Assembly (NCBI GenBank): GCA_022729735.1 | Contig: DZAY01000006.1 | Location: forward strand, 27,895 to 91,894 | Length of the DNA stretch: 64,000 bases | Direction: 5' to 3' | From: Helicobacter cetorum | GTDB taxonomy: Bacteria; Campylobacterota; Campylobacteria; Campylobacterales; DZAY01 | Part shown: positions 37,326 through 48,489 of the stretch, in pieces | Layout of the letters: every line of letters starts with the position of its first letter | How positions within the stretch are numbered: position 1 is the stretch's first letter | Position numbers and translations under genes: made by a program | Notes under the pieces: model-generated | The model's database searches: none | Seen by the model: the letters and a program-made list of their open reading frames with translations, nothing else | Told to the model about the DNA's origin: nothing

Positions 37326-38270
37326 ATGAGTAAAATAGAGCAGATTAGAGCAGAGGTTTCAAAGGTTATAATAGGGCAAGATAAAATGATAGATGCCCTA
37401 TTAATTGGGCTTTTGTGTGATGGACATATACTTTTAGAAGGTGTCCCCGGACTTGCAAAAACAACTACGGTAAAAGCGATTTCAAAATGTTTAGGTTTGG
37501 ATTTTAAACGAATTCAATTTACTCCTGATTTACTTCCAAGTGATATTATTGGAGCTGAAATTTATGACCCAAAAAATAATGAATTTAAAGTTAAAAAAGG
37601 TCCAATTTTTACGAATTTACTTTTAGCTGATGAAATCAACAGAGCTCCTGCAAAAGTGCAATCAGCACTTTTAGAAGTTATGCAAGAACGACAAGTTACA
37701 ATTGGAGACCATAGTTTTAGCTTAACTCCACCATTTTTAGTTATGGCAACTTCAAATCCAATTGAGCAAGAAGGAGCTTATTCTCTTCCAGAAGCACAAC
37801 TTGATAGATTTATGTTAAAAATTGTAGTTGGTTATAATACAAAAGCAGAAGAGTTAGAAATTGCAAGAAGAGTATCAAATAACTCATTTGAAGATATAGT
37901 AACTGTTGCTACGATAGAAGATTTAACAAAGCTAAAAAAAGAGATAAAAGATGTTCATATTGATAAAGAGGTTGAAGAGTATATTATAGATTTGATATTT
38001 GCTACAAGAGAACCACAAAAATATGGAATAGAAAATTTAAAAAACTACATTCAATATGGAGCAAGTCCAAGGGCATCTATTAATATGTTAAAAGCTACAA
38101 AAGCTTTAGCATTTTTAAGAGGAAAAGATTATGTAACTCCTGTTGATGTTGCTTTGATTGCAAAAGATGTTTTAAGACATAGAGTAATTTTGAGTTATGA
38201 AGCAGAAGCTGAAGGTATAAGTAGTGATTTTATAATTGATAAAGTTTTACAAGAGGTACCAATTCCTTGA
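37326..38270 (+). CDS. MoxR-family AAA+ ATPase
   Basis: Walker A LLEGVPGLAKT, Walker B LLADEINRAPAKVQSALLE and FLVMATSNP.E.EG.Y.LPEAQLDRF, the MoxR signature. Confidence 0.9.
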   Translation: MSKIEQIRAEVSKVIIGQDKMIDALLIGLLCDGHILLEGVPGLAKTTTVKAISKCLGLDFKRIQFTPDLLPSDIIGAEIYDPKNNEFKVKKGPIFTNLLLADEINRAPAKVQSALLEVMQERQVTIGDHSFSLTPPFLVMATSNPIEQEGAYSLPEAQLDRFMLKIVVGYNTKAEELEIARRVSNNSFEDIVTVATIEDLTKLKKEIKDVHIDKEVEEYIIDLIFATREPQKYGIENLKNYIQYGASPRASINMLKATKALAFLRGKDYVTPVDVALIAKDVLRHRVILSYEAEAEGISSDFIIDKVLQEVPIP

Positions 38271-39103
38271 ATAAAAATATCAAAAAAATCTTAATCAAAA
38301 GTAAAAGAGCTGTTTTTTCGGAAATGGCTGGAAATAATCCATCTATTTTTTTGGGTGAAGGTTATGATTTTAGTGAGTTAAGAGAGTATCAAATTGGTGA
38401 TGATATTAAAAAAATTGATTGGATTATTAGTGCAAAACTTCAAAAACCTTTCGTTAAACTCTACAAAGAAGAGCGAGAATTAAATGTTGTAATTGCAACT
38501 ATGTTAAATGGAAGTGTATATTTTGGAACAAAGCGATTTAAGCAAGATTTAATAGCTGAAATTGGTGCGATTTTGGGATTTTCTGCTATCAAAAATGGAG
38601 ATAATTTATCAAATTACATATTTGCAGATAAATTATATTCATATCTAAAACCATCAAAAAAGCTATTTTTAGTCAATAAAATGGTAGAAGCAATTGATGA
38701 ATTTCAATCTATAAATTTAAAAGCTAACTATTTTAATTTAGCTGATACTCTATTTAAATCAATCAAACGAAAATCGCTAATTTTTGTAATAGGTGATTTT
38801 TTTGATGATTTTGATTTTTCAATCTTAAATAAAAAACATGAAGTGATTGCAATTGTAGTTAGAGATAGATTTGAAGAAGAGCCAAAACCATTAGGATTTG
38901 TAAATTTAATAGATTTAGAAAGTGGTACTACATTTGAAGGCGATATAAATGAAGCTACAATCAATCACTACAAAGCAAAAGTGAAAGAAATTGATTACAA
39001 AATGTATGAAAATTTCAAAAAAAGTGGAGTTAGATTTACAAAAATATATACAGATGAAGAGCCATTTATCAAACTTACAAAACTTTTTGGGAGAGTGTTT
39101 TAA
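38267..39103 (+). CDS. DUF58-family protein (MoxR-associated, VWA-like)
   Basis: LREYQIGDDIKKIDW is the characteristic DUF58 motif, and the gene lies directly after moxR. The TTG start overlaps the moxR stop. Confidence 0.75.
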   Translation: MNKNIKKILIKSKRAVFSEMAGNNPSIFLGEGYDFSELREYQIGDDIKKIDWIISAKLQKPFVKLYKEERELNVVIATMLNGSVYFGTKRFKQDLIAEIGAILGFSAIKNGDNLSNYIFADKLYSYLKPSKKLFLVNKMVEAIDEFQSINLKANYFNLADTLFKSIKRKSLIFVIGDFFDDFDFSILNKKHEVIAIVVRDRFEEEPKPLGFVNLIDLESGTTFEGDINEATINHYKAKVKEIDYKMYENFKKSGVRFTKIYTDEEPFIKLTKLFGRVF

Positions 39104-39106
39104 ATA

Positions 39107-39496
39107 ATGGACAATCTAAAAGATATAAAACCACTTGTAGAGATACCAGATAGCTCATTTATAATATTTAGTATAACTCTTGGATTAATAGCTGTTTTTG
39201 TTTTAATAACTCTATTTTTTGTTTGGCGATATTTTTATAAAAAGAGATTACCAAATCGAAAAAAAGAGTATTTAAAGATTTTACAAAATATGAATTTATC
39301 AAATACAAAAGAGTCAGCTTATTTAATCACAAAATATGGAAGAGCATTAGCAAATGAGCCAAAAAAGCGAGAAATTTTGGATGAGTTAATTAAACTATTA
39401 GAAGAGTATAAATATAAAAAAGATGTAGATGGAGAGTTTAAAAAAGAGATAAAAGAGTATTTTGATACATTTATGGAATTAGTAAAACATGACTAA
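39107..39496 (+). CDS. Small single-pass membrane protein in the MoxR/VWA operon
   Basis: One TM segment (FIIFSITLGLIAVFVLITLFFVW) and a basic/acidic tail. Its position is equivalent to the small membrane proteins of Bat-type operons. Confidence 0.5.
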   Translation: MDNLKDIKPLVEIPDSSFIIFSITLGLIAVFVLITLFFVWRYFYKKRLPNRKKEYLKILQNMNLSNTKESAYLITKYGRALANEPKKREILDELIKLLEEYKYKKDVDGEFKKEIKEYFDTFMELVKHD

Positions 39497-40409
39497 CTTT
39501 TTTGAAACTTTTGCATTTGAGTATCCATATTTACTACTTTTAATTATTCCTTTTATAGTTTGTGCTAAATTTTGCAAAGCAAAAGAACAAGCTCTTTTTA
39601 TACCTCATCTAAATATCTATTCAAAATCTATTGGCAAAAAATCACTACTTATAAGCTTGCTTAAATGGTTAGCTATAATTTTTTCTATTATTGCAATTAG
39701 CTCACCAATTCAAAATAACAATTTTATAAAAAATAAAAATGAAGGAATTGATACAATCTTAATTCTTGATGCAAGTGGTTCTATGAAAGAGCGAGGATTT
39801 GATAGATTAGATATTACAAAAAATAAGTTTATCGCAGTTCAAGAGATTGTTTCCAATTTTATACAAAAAAGAATAACTGATAATTTGGGTTTAGTGATAT
39901 TTGCTGATATTGCTTTTATTGCATCGCCTCTCACTCAAGATAGAGATATGTTAAGTGATATTTTAACTCGAATGTATGTTGGAGTTGCTGGAGAAAAGAC
40001 TGCTATATTTGATGGAGTTGCACAAGGGTTACGATTGCTAAAAGATAGTAAAGCAAAATCAAAAATTATAATTTTATTAACTGATGGAATTAACAATTCT
40101 GGAGTGATAAATAAAAATTTAATAATAGATGAGCTTTCAAAAGAGCAGATAAAAGTATATACAATTGGAATTGGTAGAAGTGGAGAGTTTGATAAAAATT
40201 TATTAATAGAAATTGCAAATTTAACTAATGGAAAATTTTTTGAAGCAAATAGTCGAGATAGTTTAGATAAAATTTATAAAGAGATAGACAGTTTAGAAAA
40301 AAGTGAAATAGAGTCTATAAAATTTAGTTATAAAACTTATCTATTTGAATATCCACTATTTTTAGCTATTATCTCACTTCTGCTTTATATATATTTTAGA
40401 AATAGATAA
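39489..40409 (+). CDS. Membrane-anchored von Willebrand factor A protein (BatA-like)
   Basis: N- and C-terminal TM segments, and a MIDAS motif ILDASGSM ... LLTDG. Confidence 0.8.
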   Translation: MTNFFETFAFEYPYLLLLIIPFIVCAKFCKAKEQALFIPHLNIYSKSIGKKSLLISLLKWLAIIFSIIAISSPIQNNNFIKNKNEGIDTILILDASGSMKERGFDRLDITKNKFIAVQEIVSNFIQKRITDNLGLVIFADIAFIASPLTQDRDMLSDILTRMYVGVAGEKTAIFDGVAQGLRLLKDSKAKSKIIILLTDGINNSGVINKNLIIDELSKEQIKVYTIGIGRSGEFDKNLLIEIANLTNGKFFEANSRDSLDKIYKEIDSLEKSEIESIKFSYKTYLFEYPLFLAIISLLLYIYFRNR

Positions 40410-40426
40410 ATAATAAGGAACATTTA

Positions 40427-43400
40427 GTGAGAAATATTGTTTTAAATAAAAGAAGCTCTATTCTACTAATAGTTTCTATTATTACTCTATTTTTTGTATT
40501 TGAAGTATATAGAAATATAAACATTCATCAAAACTACAGAATTGGAATGGAAGAGAGAGCTAAGCGACTTTTATCATCAAAACTTCAAGAAGAACGAATT
40601 AAACTATTTGATTTTTTAGACTCCAAAATTTATCACACACAAAACAATATCACAACATCAGATATTTTAAAAGGTATAAATTTAGAGAAATCTATCAAAG
40701 TTGATGAGCGAAGATTTATTATTATGAATATAGAAAATGAAGGGCTTATTGCATTTAATATATATCCTAAAAACTCTAATCAATTTGTAAATATAACTAC
40801 TAAAGGTGCGAAAAAATTAAATATTGAAAAAGAGAGTTTAGCATTAGTAGATACTAAAAAAAGTTTGAAAAAGGGAAATTCAAAAGAGTTAATCGATAAT
40901 AAATTAATATATATGGTGGCTGAACCTGTATTTGATAAAGATAATGGAGAGTTACTTGGTTTTATTGAGTTTCATTACTCTTTAGAATATATATCAAATG
41001 TTATAAATAGTTTTTTAGCAAATATATTTACAAAAGATTTAGTGGCTTTTTCTATGATGAGATATAGTGATGGAGTTATTGATAAAATTTTTAGTGATAA
41101 CAAAAAACATCATTTAATATTTAATGAGATTAAAAACTCTAAAAGCTCTACTATTAAATTTGATGACAGAGAACTTATTGTTTTTAATTCCAAACTATTT
41201 GATAATGATTGCAATAGAGTTTCTCTTGTAAATGTAATGGATATTACAGAAATTAGTAAAAATATGTATCACTCGACAATTTATGTTATCACTGAAACTA
41301 TTATCTTATTACTATTATCTATTTTTGTGATAAATATAATATTTAATCTATTTGCAAATAGAGTCTTGAATTTGAATAAAAGAGTAACAACTATATTAAA
41401 TATTCAACAAGATATTCTATTTGTAACTACAAGTGATAAATTAGTTGAAGCAAATGAGATATTTTTTAAATTTTTCGGATTTAAAGATATAGATGAGTTT
41501 TTATCACAACACACTTGTGTTTGTGAATATTTTGAAAATGAAGATGGATATATAAAATCGAAAATGGGTGATTTGAATTGGTGTGAATATCTGCTCAAAA
41601 ATCCAAATTTAGAAAATTTAGTCAAAATTAAAAAAGATGATAAATATTATATGTTTAAAATTTTTGCAAAAGAGTTACAAAGTGAAGATAAAAAAGAGAT
41701 AGTTGTAACAATGATAGATATTACAAAAGAACAAGAACGAGAAAAAGCACTAAAAAAAAGTGAAGAGTTTTTTAAGACAATATTTCAAACTTTTCCAGAT
41801 GCTACTATGTTAGTAGATATAGAGACTAAAAAACCTGTAATGTTTAACTCTATCGCTTATTTACAATTGGGATATAATGAAGAAGAGTTTAAAACTTTAT
41901 CTATAAATGATTTTGATGTTATTGAAAAGCCAGAAGAAACAAAAGAGAGAATTAAAAATATATTAAAATATGGTAGAGATGACTTTGAAACTCAACATTT
42001 AAAAAAGAGTGGAGAAATTATAGATGTAAGAGTAACTGTGCAATTGATAGAAATAGATAATAAAACATTTATATTTTCTGTTTTTAGAGATATTACAACT
42101 ATAAAAGCTTATCAAAAAGAGCTTATAATTGCTAAAAGAGAGGCAGAAGAAGCAAATATTTCAAAAAGTCAATTTTTAGCAAACATGTCTCATGAAATTA
42201 GGACTCCAATGAATGCCATTATTGGACTTAGTGATATTTTATTAGATATTGATTTAGGTTTTAGAGAACATGATTATATTAAAAAGATTAACTCATCTGC
42301 AAAAATGTTACTAAGAATTATAAATGATATTTTAGATTACTCAAAAATCGAAGCAAAAAAGATGGTTTTAGAAAAACGAGAGTTTGATATTTCTAATATT
42401 ATATCTCAACTAAAATCTCTATTTACACAAATTTCATCAGATAAAGGTTTAGAATTATCTATAAATATTCAACAAGATGTTCCATGTGTAGTAATTGGTG
42501 ATGAGTTACGGCTTACTCAAGTTTTGACAAATCTGCTTAGTAATGCGATTAAATTTAGTGAAAAAGGTGTTGTAAAACTAAATATAGAGTTAAAAGAAAA
42601 AATTGATAGTAATAGAGCTTTAGTGAAATTTATAGTCAGTGATAGTGGAATTGGAATGAGTGAAGAGCAAATAAATAATTTATTCAAACCATTTACTCAA
42701 GCCGATAGCTCAACTACAAGAAAATATGGAGGTAGTGGGCTTGGACTTGCAATATCACAAAGTATAATTAATGCTTGTGGAGGAGAAATAACAGTTCAAA
42801 GTGCAATAAATAGAGGCACAATTTTTAGCTTTGAGATAGATTTTAGAGTTATATCTTGGGAAAAAAGAGAACAAATTGGTGAAAAAGTAACTACAAAAAC
42901 TCTTCCAAATTTATCAAATATCAAAGTTTTACTTGTTGAAGATAATGAAATAAATCAAGATGTAGCAATTGTTATGCTTTCAAAAATTGGAATAACTCCG
43001 ATAGTTGCAAATAATGGAAAAGAAGCAGTGGATATAGTGAGTGCAAATCCGTATAAATTTGACATAATTTTGATGGATTTGCAAATGCCAATTATGAGTG
43101 GATATGAAGCAACAAAAATTATACGAGAAAAAAATTCAAAAGTTCCAATCATTGCATTAACAGCAGCAGCTATGGTTGAAGACAGAGAAAAGGCAATAAA
43201 TGCTGGAATGAGCGACCATTTAAGCAAACCAATAGATGCAAAAGCACTTTATGATAGTTTAATCCATTGGTCAAAATTTAAAAATAAATCCAAAATTGAT
43301 ATGGCTTTTGTTATGGATATGATTGATGGAAATCGTGAGCTTTTGAGTAGATTATTTGATAAATTTTTGAAACAGTTAAACGGAGAGTTTTCTAATTTAG

Positions 43401-43843
43401 CTAATTTAATAGTATCAAAAAATGAAAATGCAAAATCTCTAAATCATAGTTTAAAAGGTGTAAGTGGAAATTTAGGAGCTAAAGAGCTTTTTGAAATTTG
43501 TCAAATTATAGATAATAGATTTAAGTTAGATGAACCTATTTTAGATAGTGATATAGAGAGATTAAAAAATGCTATAAGTAGCCTCAAAGCAGAGTTAGAA
43601 AATTTAAATTTAAAATCAACAGAACGAAAATTAGAAGTATCAAATAGTGAGTTTCAAACTACATTTAATAAATTAAAAGATGATTTATTAGAGTCAAACA
43701 TGATAAATATCGATGATAAAAATATAGTTTGTGAAATACTAAAAAAGTATTTAAGTGGTGAAGATGTAGAAATTTTTGCTCAAGCTATTGATGATTTTGA
43801 TTATAAAAATGCTTTGGATATTATACAAAATATCAAAATTTAA
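40427..43843 (+). CDS. Hybrid sensor histidine kinase: periplasmic domain - TM - 2 PAS - HisKA - HATPase - REC - HPt
   Basis: H-box FLANMSHEIRTPMN, G-box YGGSGLGLAIS, REC (VLLVEDNEINQ...ILMDLQMPIMSG...SKP) and HPt (HSLKGVSGNLGA). GTG start. Confidence 0.85.
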   Translation: MRNIVLNKRSSILLIVSIITLFFVFEVYRNINIHQNYRIGMEERAKRLLSSKLQEERIKLFDFLDSKIYHTQNNITTSDILKGINLEKSIKVDERRFIIMNIENEGLIAFNIYPKNSNQFVNITTKGAKKLNIEKESLALVDTKKSLKKGNSKELIDNKLIYMVAEPVFDKDNGELLGFIEFHYSLEYISNVINSFLANIFTKDLVAFSMMRYSDGVIDKIFSDNKKHHLIFNEIKNSKSSTIKFDDRELIVFNSKLFDNDCNRVSLVNVMDITEISKNMYHSTIYVITETIILLLLSIFVINIIFNLFANRVLNLNKRVTTILNIQQDILFVTTSDKLVEANEIFFKFFGFKDIDEFLSQHTCVCEYFENEDGYIKSKMGDLNWCEYLLKNPNLENLVKIKKDDKYYMFKIFAKELQSEDKKEIVVTMIDITKEQEREKALKKSEEFFKTIFQTFPDATMLVDIETKKPVMFNSIAYLQLGYNEEEFKTLSINDFDVIEKPEETKERIKNILKYGRDDFETQHLKKSGEIIDVRVTVQLIEIDNKTFIFSVFRDITTIKAYQKELIIAKREAEEANISKSQFLANMSHEIRTPMNAIIGLSDILLDIDLGFREHDYIKKINSSAKMLLRIINDILDYSKIEAKKMVLEKREFDISNIISQLKSLFTQISSDKGLELSINIQQDVPCVVIGDELRLTQVLTNLLSNAIKFSEKGVVKLNIELKEKIDSNRALVKFIVSDSGIGMSEEQINNLFKPFTQADSSTTRKYGGSGLGLAISQSIINACGGEITVQSAINRGTIFSFEIDFRVISWEKREQIGEKVTTKTLPNLSNIKVLLVEDNEINQDVAIVMLSKIGITPIVANNGKEAVDIVSANPYKFDIILMDLQMPIMSGYEATKIIREKNSKVPIIALTAAAMVEDREKAINAGMSDHLSKPIDAKALYDSLIHWSKFKNKSKIDMAFVMDMIDGNRELLSRLFDKFLKQLNGEFSNLANLIVSKNENAKSLNHSLKGVSGNLGAKELFEICQIIDNRFKLDEPILDSDIERLKNAISSLKAELENLNLKSTERKLEVSNSEFQTTFNKLKDDLLESNMINIDDKNIVCEILKKYLSGEDVEIFAQAIDDFDYKNALDIIQNIKI

Positions 43844-43860
43844 ATTAAATAGGATTATTT

Positions 43861-46800
43861 GTGATTAGCTTAAATACAATAAAATCAAAACTCATAGCAA
43901 TTATTATGATTACAAATTTAATAGTTTTGACAATTGTTGGAGTTGGTTTTTTGTATCAAGAGCGAACAAGAGTCAATAGTGAAATGATAAAAAATTTAAC
44001 ATCTTTAGCAACTATTATTTCAGACCACTCAACAGCAGCACTTAGCTTTGGTGATGAGGTAGTTATAAAAGAGATGTTGTCAGCTTTGCGAATAAAAGAG
44101 AGTATATTATTATCTGCTATTTTTGATAGTAGTGGAAATGTTGTTGGAAGTTATGAAAATGTAAAATCTTCTAAGTTTGATTTAAAAGAGATTGCAAAAC
44201 ATCAAGAGAGTAGATTTGAGGGCAACTATTTATATTTATATGTTCCAATTTTTTTAAATAAAGATAGAGTTGGCACAGTTTTTATACTCTCTTCACTAAA
44301 AGAAGTTAATGAGATGTGGTATAACTTCATCTACTCTTGGACTCTTTTTTCTATTTTTGGATTGTTACTTGCTTTTGTAATTGCTTCATATTTGCAACGA
44401 ATTATCTCAAAACCTATTGAACATCTAAAAAATACATCAAACATGATAGCACTTAGTAAAAATTATAATTTAAGAGCAAATAAAATTGGAGATGATGAGT
44501 TTGGTGAGCTTGTTGATGCTTTTAATTTAATGATTAGCACAGTTGAAAGTCAAAATGGATTAATTCATCAAAGTGAGCAGAAATTAAAAGAGTCAAATGA
44601 AAATTTAGAACTTAGAGTAAAAGAGCGAACTTTAGAAATTTTAAATAGTAATGATAAGTTACAAGCTTTGGCAAATGAGCTTGAGAGAGCAAAAAATATG
44701 GCTGATTTAGCAAATAAAGCAAAAAGTCAATTTTTAGCAAACATGAGTCATGAGATTAGAACTCCAATAAATGCTGTTATGGGAATGCACTATTTATTAG
44801 AAAAAACAGAACTTACTGCTCAACAAAAAAACTATATTTCAAAAGCTCAAAGTTCAGCAACAACACTACTTGGAATAATTAATGATATTTTAGACTTTTC
44901 AAAAATAGAAGCTGGAAAACTATCAATTGAAAAAATTGATTTTGATTTTGACAAAATGCTTAGAGATATATCAAATGTTTTAGAGTTTAAGGCAAATGAG
45001 AAAGGTTTGAATTTAAATATTAAACGAGATGTAGATATTCCAAATACACTTAGAGGCGACCCTTTGCGAGTTGAACAAGTGCTTTTAAATCTTGGAAATA
45101 ATGCGATTAAATTTACATCAAATGGAGCTATTGATATAGCTATAAATTCAATTTTTTATATTGAAAATAGTATAAGAGTTAAATTTTGTGTGCAAGATAG
45201 TGGAATTGGTATGAATTTAGAGCAACAAAAAGCTATTTTTCAAGAGTTTTCACAAGCCGATAGCTCAAAACTACAAGAAGATATGGAGGCACGGGTTTAG
45301 GACTTGCAATTAGTAAAAGATTAGTAAATTTGATGGGTGGAAATCTTTGGATAGAGTCAAGCATTGAAGGAGTTGGGACAATGTTTTGCTTTGAGCTTGA
45401 TTTTGAAATTGGAAATAGTGAAATATTGCATTTAAGTGATAAGATAGATAGAATTGGTAATATATTTAAGAATAAATCTCTTTTAATTGTAGATGATAAT
45501 CCATCTTCAAGAGATATTTTATCAAAAATGGCTTCATCTCTTGGATTAAAAAATGATGTTGTAAGTAGTGGAGCTGAAGCTATTGGTGCTTTGGATAACT
45601 CAAATTATAATATAGTTTTGATGGATTGGAAAATGCCTCAACTTGATGGAATAGAGACAGCAATTGAGATAAAAAGTAGTCAAAAAATAGTAAATAAACC
45701 AAAAATTATAATCGTAACAGCTTTTGCAAGAGAAGATATTTTGGGCAAAGTCAAAGAAGCAAATTTAGATGGATTTTTATTAAAACCTGTATCACCATCA
45801 AGTATGATGGATAGTTTTATGCAAGTTTTAGGCATTGATAGCTCTATGTATGAAACAAATAAAAGAGTTGATATTGTATTAAATAGTATTCAAGGTGCAA
45901 AAATTTTATTGGTTGAAGATAATGAGATAAATAGAGAGTTTGCCGTTGAAATGTTAAAGAGTGAAGGTTTTATTGTAGTTTGTGCAAATGATGGATTTGA
46001 AGCAATAGAAAAAATAAAAGCTGATAGATTTGATATGGTTTTGATGGATATTCAAATGCCTAAATTAGATGGAATAGAAGCTACTAAGCGAATTAGAATG
46101 TTAGGAGAGTTATTTAGAGAGCCATATTATGAAAATGTGCCAATTGTTGCATTAAGTGCAAATGTATTGCGAGATGATATTGAAAAAGCATATGAAGCTG
46201 GAATGAGTGATTATGTTTCCAAACCATTTGCTCCAAATGAGTTGTTTGAAATCTTGCTAAAATGGATACCTACAAAAAATATTAATAACTTAATTCAAAA
46301 ACAAAAAGTAATAAAAGTTACAAACTCATTTGATAGCTTAAAAGAGTATAACATTGATGTAGATGTTGCACTAAGTAGAGCTATGGGAAATGAGAAGTTA
46401 TATTTTAGTTTGCTTGAAAAATTTGTAACTAAATATAGTGATGGATTTGATTTAGTAATTGATGCAATAAATAGCTCTGATTTAATAATGGCTGAACAAG
46501 AAGTGCATAAAATAAAAGGACTTTGTGGAAATTTGGGTGCTATGAAACTATTTGATTTACTTCAAGATATTGACTTAACTCTAAAAAAAGGGATAGTTCC
46601 AAACATAGATAAAATTGATGAGATAAAAAATTTATATAATCAAACAATAAATGGTATAAAAAGTTTTTTGATTGGTGAAAAAGTTGGTAATATTGGAAAT
46701 TTAAAAACTAATGTAGATATAATTGAGATATTAAAAAAGTTGGGTGCGAATTTGGAAACTGATATATCTGTCTCATTAGACTGTTTTGAAAAGTTGCAAA

Positions 46801-46907
46801 ACTCTCAAATTGGTATAGAAAAATTGGGAGAATTAAAAAATGCACTTGAAAGTTTTGATTTAGAAAAAGCAAAATTATGTGTAGATAGTTTGTTAAAAGA
46901 GGTTTAA
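43861..46907 (+). pseudogene. Hybrid sensor histidine kinase (CHASE8-like sensor - HAMP - HisKA - HATPase - REC - REC - HPt) interrupted by a frameshift inside the ATPase G2 box; split into ORFs 43861..45300 and 45330..46907
   Basis: The first ORF ends FSQADSSKLQEDMEARV*. The -1 frame, opening at 45264, reads KTTRRYGGTGLGLAISKRLVNLMGGNLWIESS..., the conserved continuation. The paralogue at 42700 reads ADSSTTRKYGGSGLGL. The break is at the A4 run 45267..45270. Confidence 0.8.
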
Positions 46908-46908
46908 A

Positions 46909-47979
46909 ATGGATAATTTAATTCAAAAAAGAAAGATTTTAATAGTTGATGATGTTCCAGAAAATTTACATGTTATGATAAATATTTTAAAAAGTGATTA
47001 TACAGTAGTAGTTGCTACAAGTGGAGAAAAGGCTTTGGAATTAGCAACAAAAGAGCCTTTGGCAGAAATGGTTTTATTGGATATTATGATGCCTGTTATG
47101 GATGGCTATGAGGTTTGTAGAAGACTTAAATCAAATCATAAAACCAGAGATATTCCAATAATTTTTATAACTGCTAAAAATGATATAAATGATGAAGCAA
47201 AAGGTTTAGAACTTGGAGCAGTTGATTATATCACAAAGCCTGTTGTGCCAGAGCTTGTAAAAGCAAGAGTTTATAACCATTTAGAATTAAAGCGATATAG
47301 AGACCATTTAGAACAGATTGTAGAAGAGCGAACTTATCAGCTCAAACAAGCAAAAGAAGCAATAATTGACTCAATGGGACTTTTGGCAGAATCAAGAGAT
47401 AGCTCAACAGGAGAGCATATATTTAGAACAAAAGAGTATGTAAGATTAATTGCTTTAGAACTTGCAAAATTACCAAAATATCGAGACTGTTTAACTCCAG
47501 AATATATCGAACTTTTAGTTTTAGCTTCACCTCTTCATGATATTGGAAAAATTGCAATTCCAGATGCAATACTTCTAAAACCAGATGTTTTAAATAAAGA
47601 TGAGTGGGAAATTATGAAAACACATCCATCCATTGGCAAAAAAACTATTGCAATGGCTCAATATAAGTTTAGAAATAATGAGATTTTGCAAATGGCAAAA
47701 AATATCGCTTCGGCACATCACGAAAAATATGATGGCACTGGTTATCCAAAAGGTTTAAAAGGTGAAGATATTCCACTTTCTGCAAGAATTATGGCAGTTG
47801 CAGATGTTTATGATGCAATTATAAATAAACGACCTTATAAAGAGCCATATACTCATACACAAGCTGTAAATATTATAATAGATGGAAAAGAGAAACATTT
47901 TGACCCAGATGTAGTAGATGCTTTTTTAAAAATTGCTGATGAGATTGAGAGAATAGCAACTCTTAAAAAGAGTGTTTAA
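46909..47979 (+). CDS. Response regulator with an HD-GYP c-di-GMP phosphodiesterase output (RpfG-like)
   Basis: REC ([11 protein letters not shown]...[12 protein letters not shown]...TKP), HD (PLHDIGK) and [11 protein letters not shown]. Confidence 0.85.
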   Translation: MDNLIQKRKILIVDDVPENLHVMINILKSDYTVVVATSGEKALELATKEPLAEMVLLDIMMPVMDGYEVCRRLKSNHKTRDIPIIFITAKNDINDEAKGLELGAVDYITKPVVPELVKARVYNHLELKRYRDHLEQIVEERTYQLKQAKEAIIDSMGLLAESRDSSTGEHIFRTKEYVRLIALELAKLPKYRDCLTPEYIELLVLASPLHDIGKIAIPDAILLKPDVLNKDEWEIMKTHPSIGKKTIAMAQYKFRNNEILQMAKNIASAHHEKYDGTGYPKGLKGEDIPLSARIMAVADVYDAIINKRPYKEPYTHTQAVNIIIDGKEKHFDPDVVDAFLKIADEIERIATLKKSV

Positions 47980-48488
47980 ATTCTCTTTGGTTTCCAATTA
48001 TAATCTTTATCATCTCTAATATTTGCAAAAAATAGTGATGATGAATTCCTCCAAGCATCAAGTATTACACACTCATCAAATTTCCCACCAACAGCAATGG
48101 CACACAAAGCATTATGCTCATCATACTCACCTTTATTAGCAATAATTTGTATTAAATTAATACTTTTTATATTTAATGTTTTAAATTTTTCTAATAAATC
48201 TCTTGCCCAATGATAACATAACCCTTTTTCTTTGTAACCAATATTAACCAAAAAGTTATGAAATAGTGGAGGAGATGTTAGCTCATATTTTTTTGCCAAC
48301 TCTTTGGGATATAAAACCATCTCTTTTGCTAAAATATTAGCTTCCATCTCATCTACATTTGGTGATAAATGTGTAAGTTTTTTTGATAAAAGCTCTATTT
48401 TATTTTCATTCTCATATGATTTAATACTACAACCACTAAATATAAATATGGAAAATATCAAAATAGCTAATTGAAATTTTGAATACAT
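47976..48488 (-). CDS. Lipoprotein of unknown function (possible Cys-His-Asp papain/transglutaminase-like core)
   Basis: Lipobox IFIFSG|C after a signal peptide. GLCYHWA ... DEHNA ... ILDAW have spacings compatible with a Cys-His-Asp triad. This is inference only. Confidence 0.5.
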   Translation of the reverse strand: MYSKFQLAILIFSIFIFSGCSIKSYENENKIELLSKKLTHLSPNVDEMEANILAKEMVLYPKELAKKYELTSPPLFHNFLVNIGYKEKGLCYHWARDLLEKFKTLNIKSINLIQIIANKGEYDEHNALCAIAVGGKFDECVILDAWRNSSSLFFANIRDDKDYNWKPKRI

Positions 48489-48489
48489 T

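Noticed and set aside
47976-47979. Convergent gene pairs whose stop codons overlap on a palindromic TTAA. This one and 57814..57817 both involve c-di-GMP genes. A third convergent pair is separated by 2 nt at 24847/24850. None has a hairpin terminator.
   Set aside because: TAA stops in an AT-rich, tightly packed genome make TTAA overlaps likely by chance, and intrinsic terminators are generally scarce in this phylum. It is worth remembering for antisense read-through, but it is not evidence of a specific mechanism.
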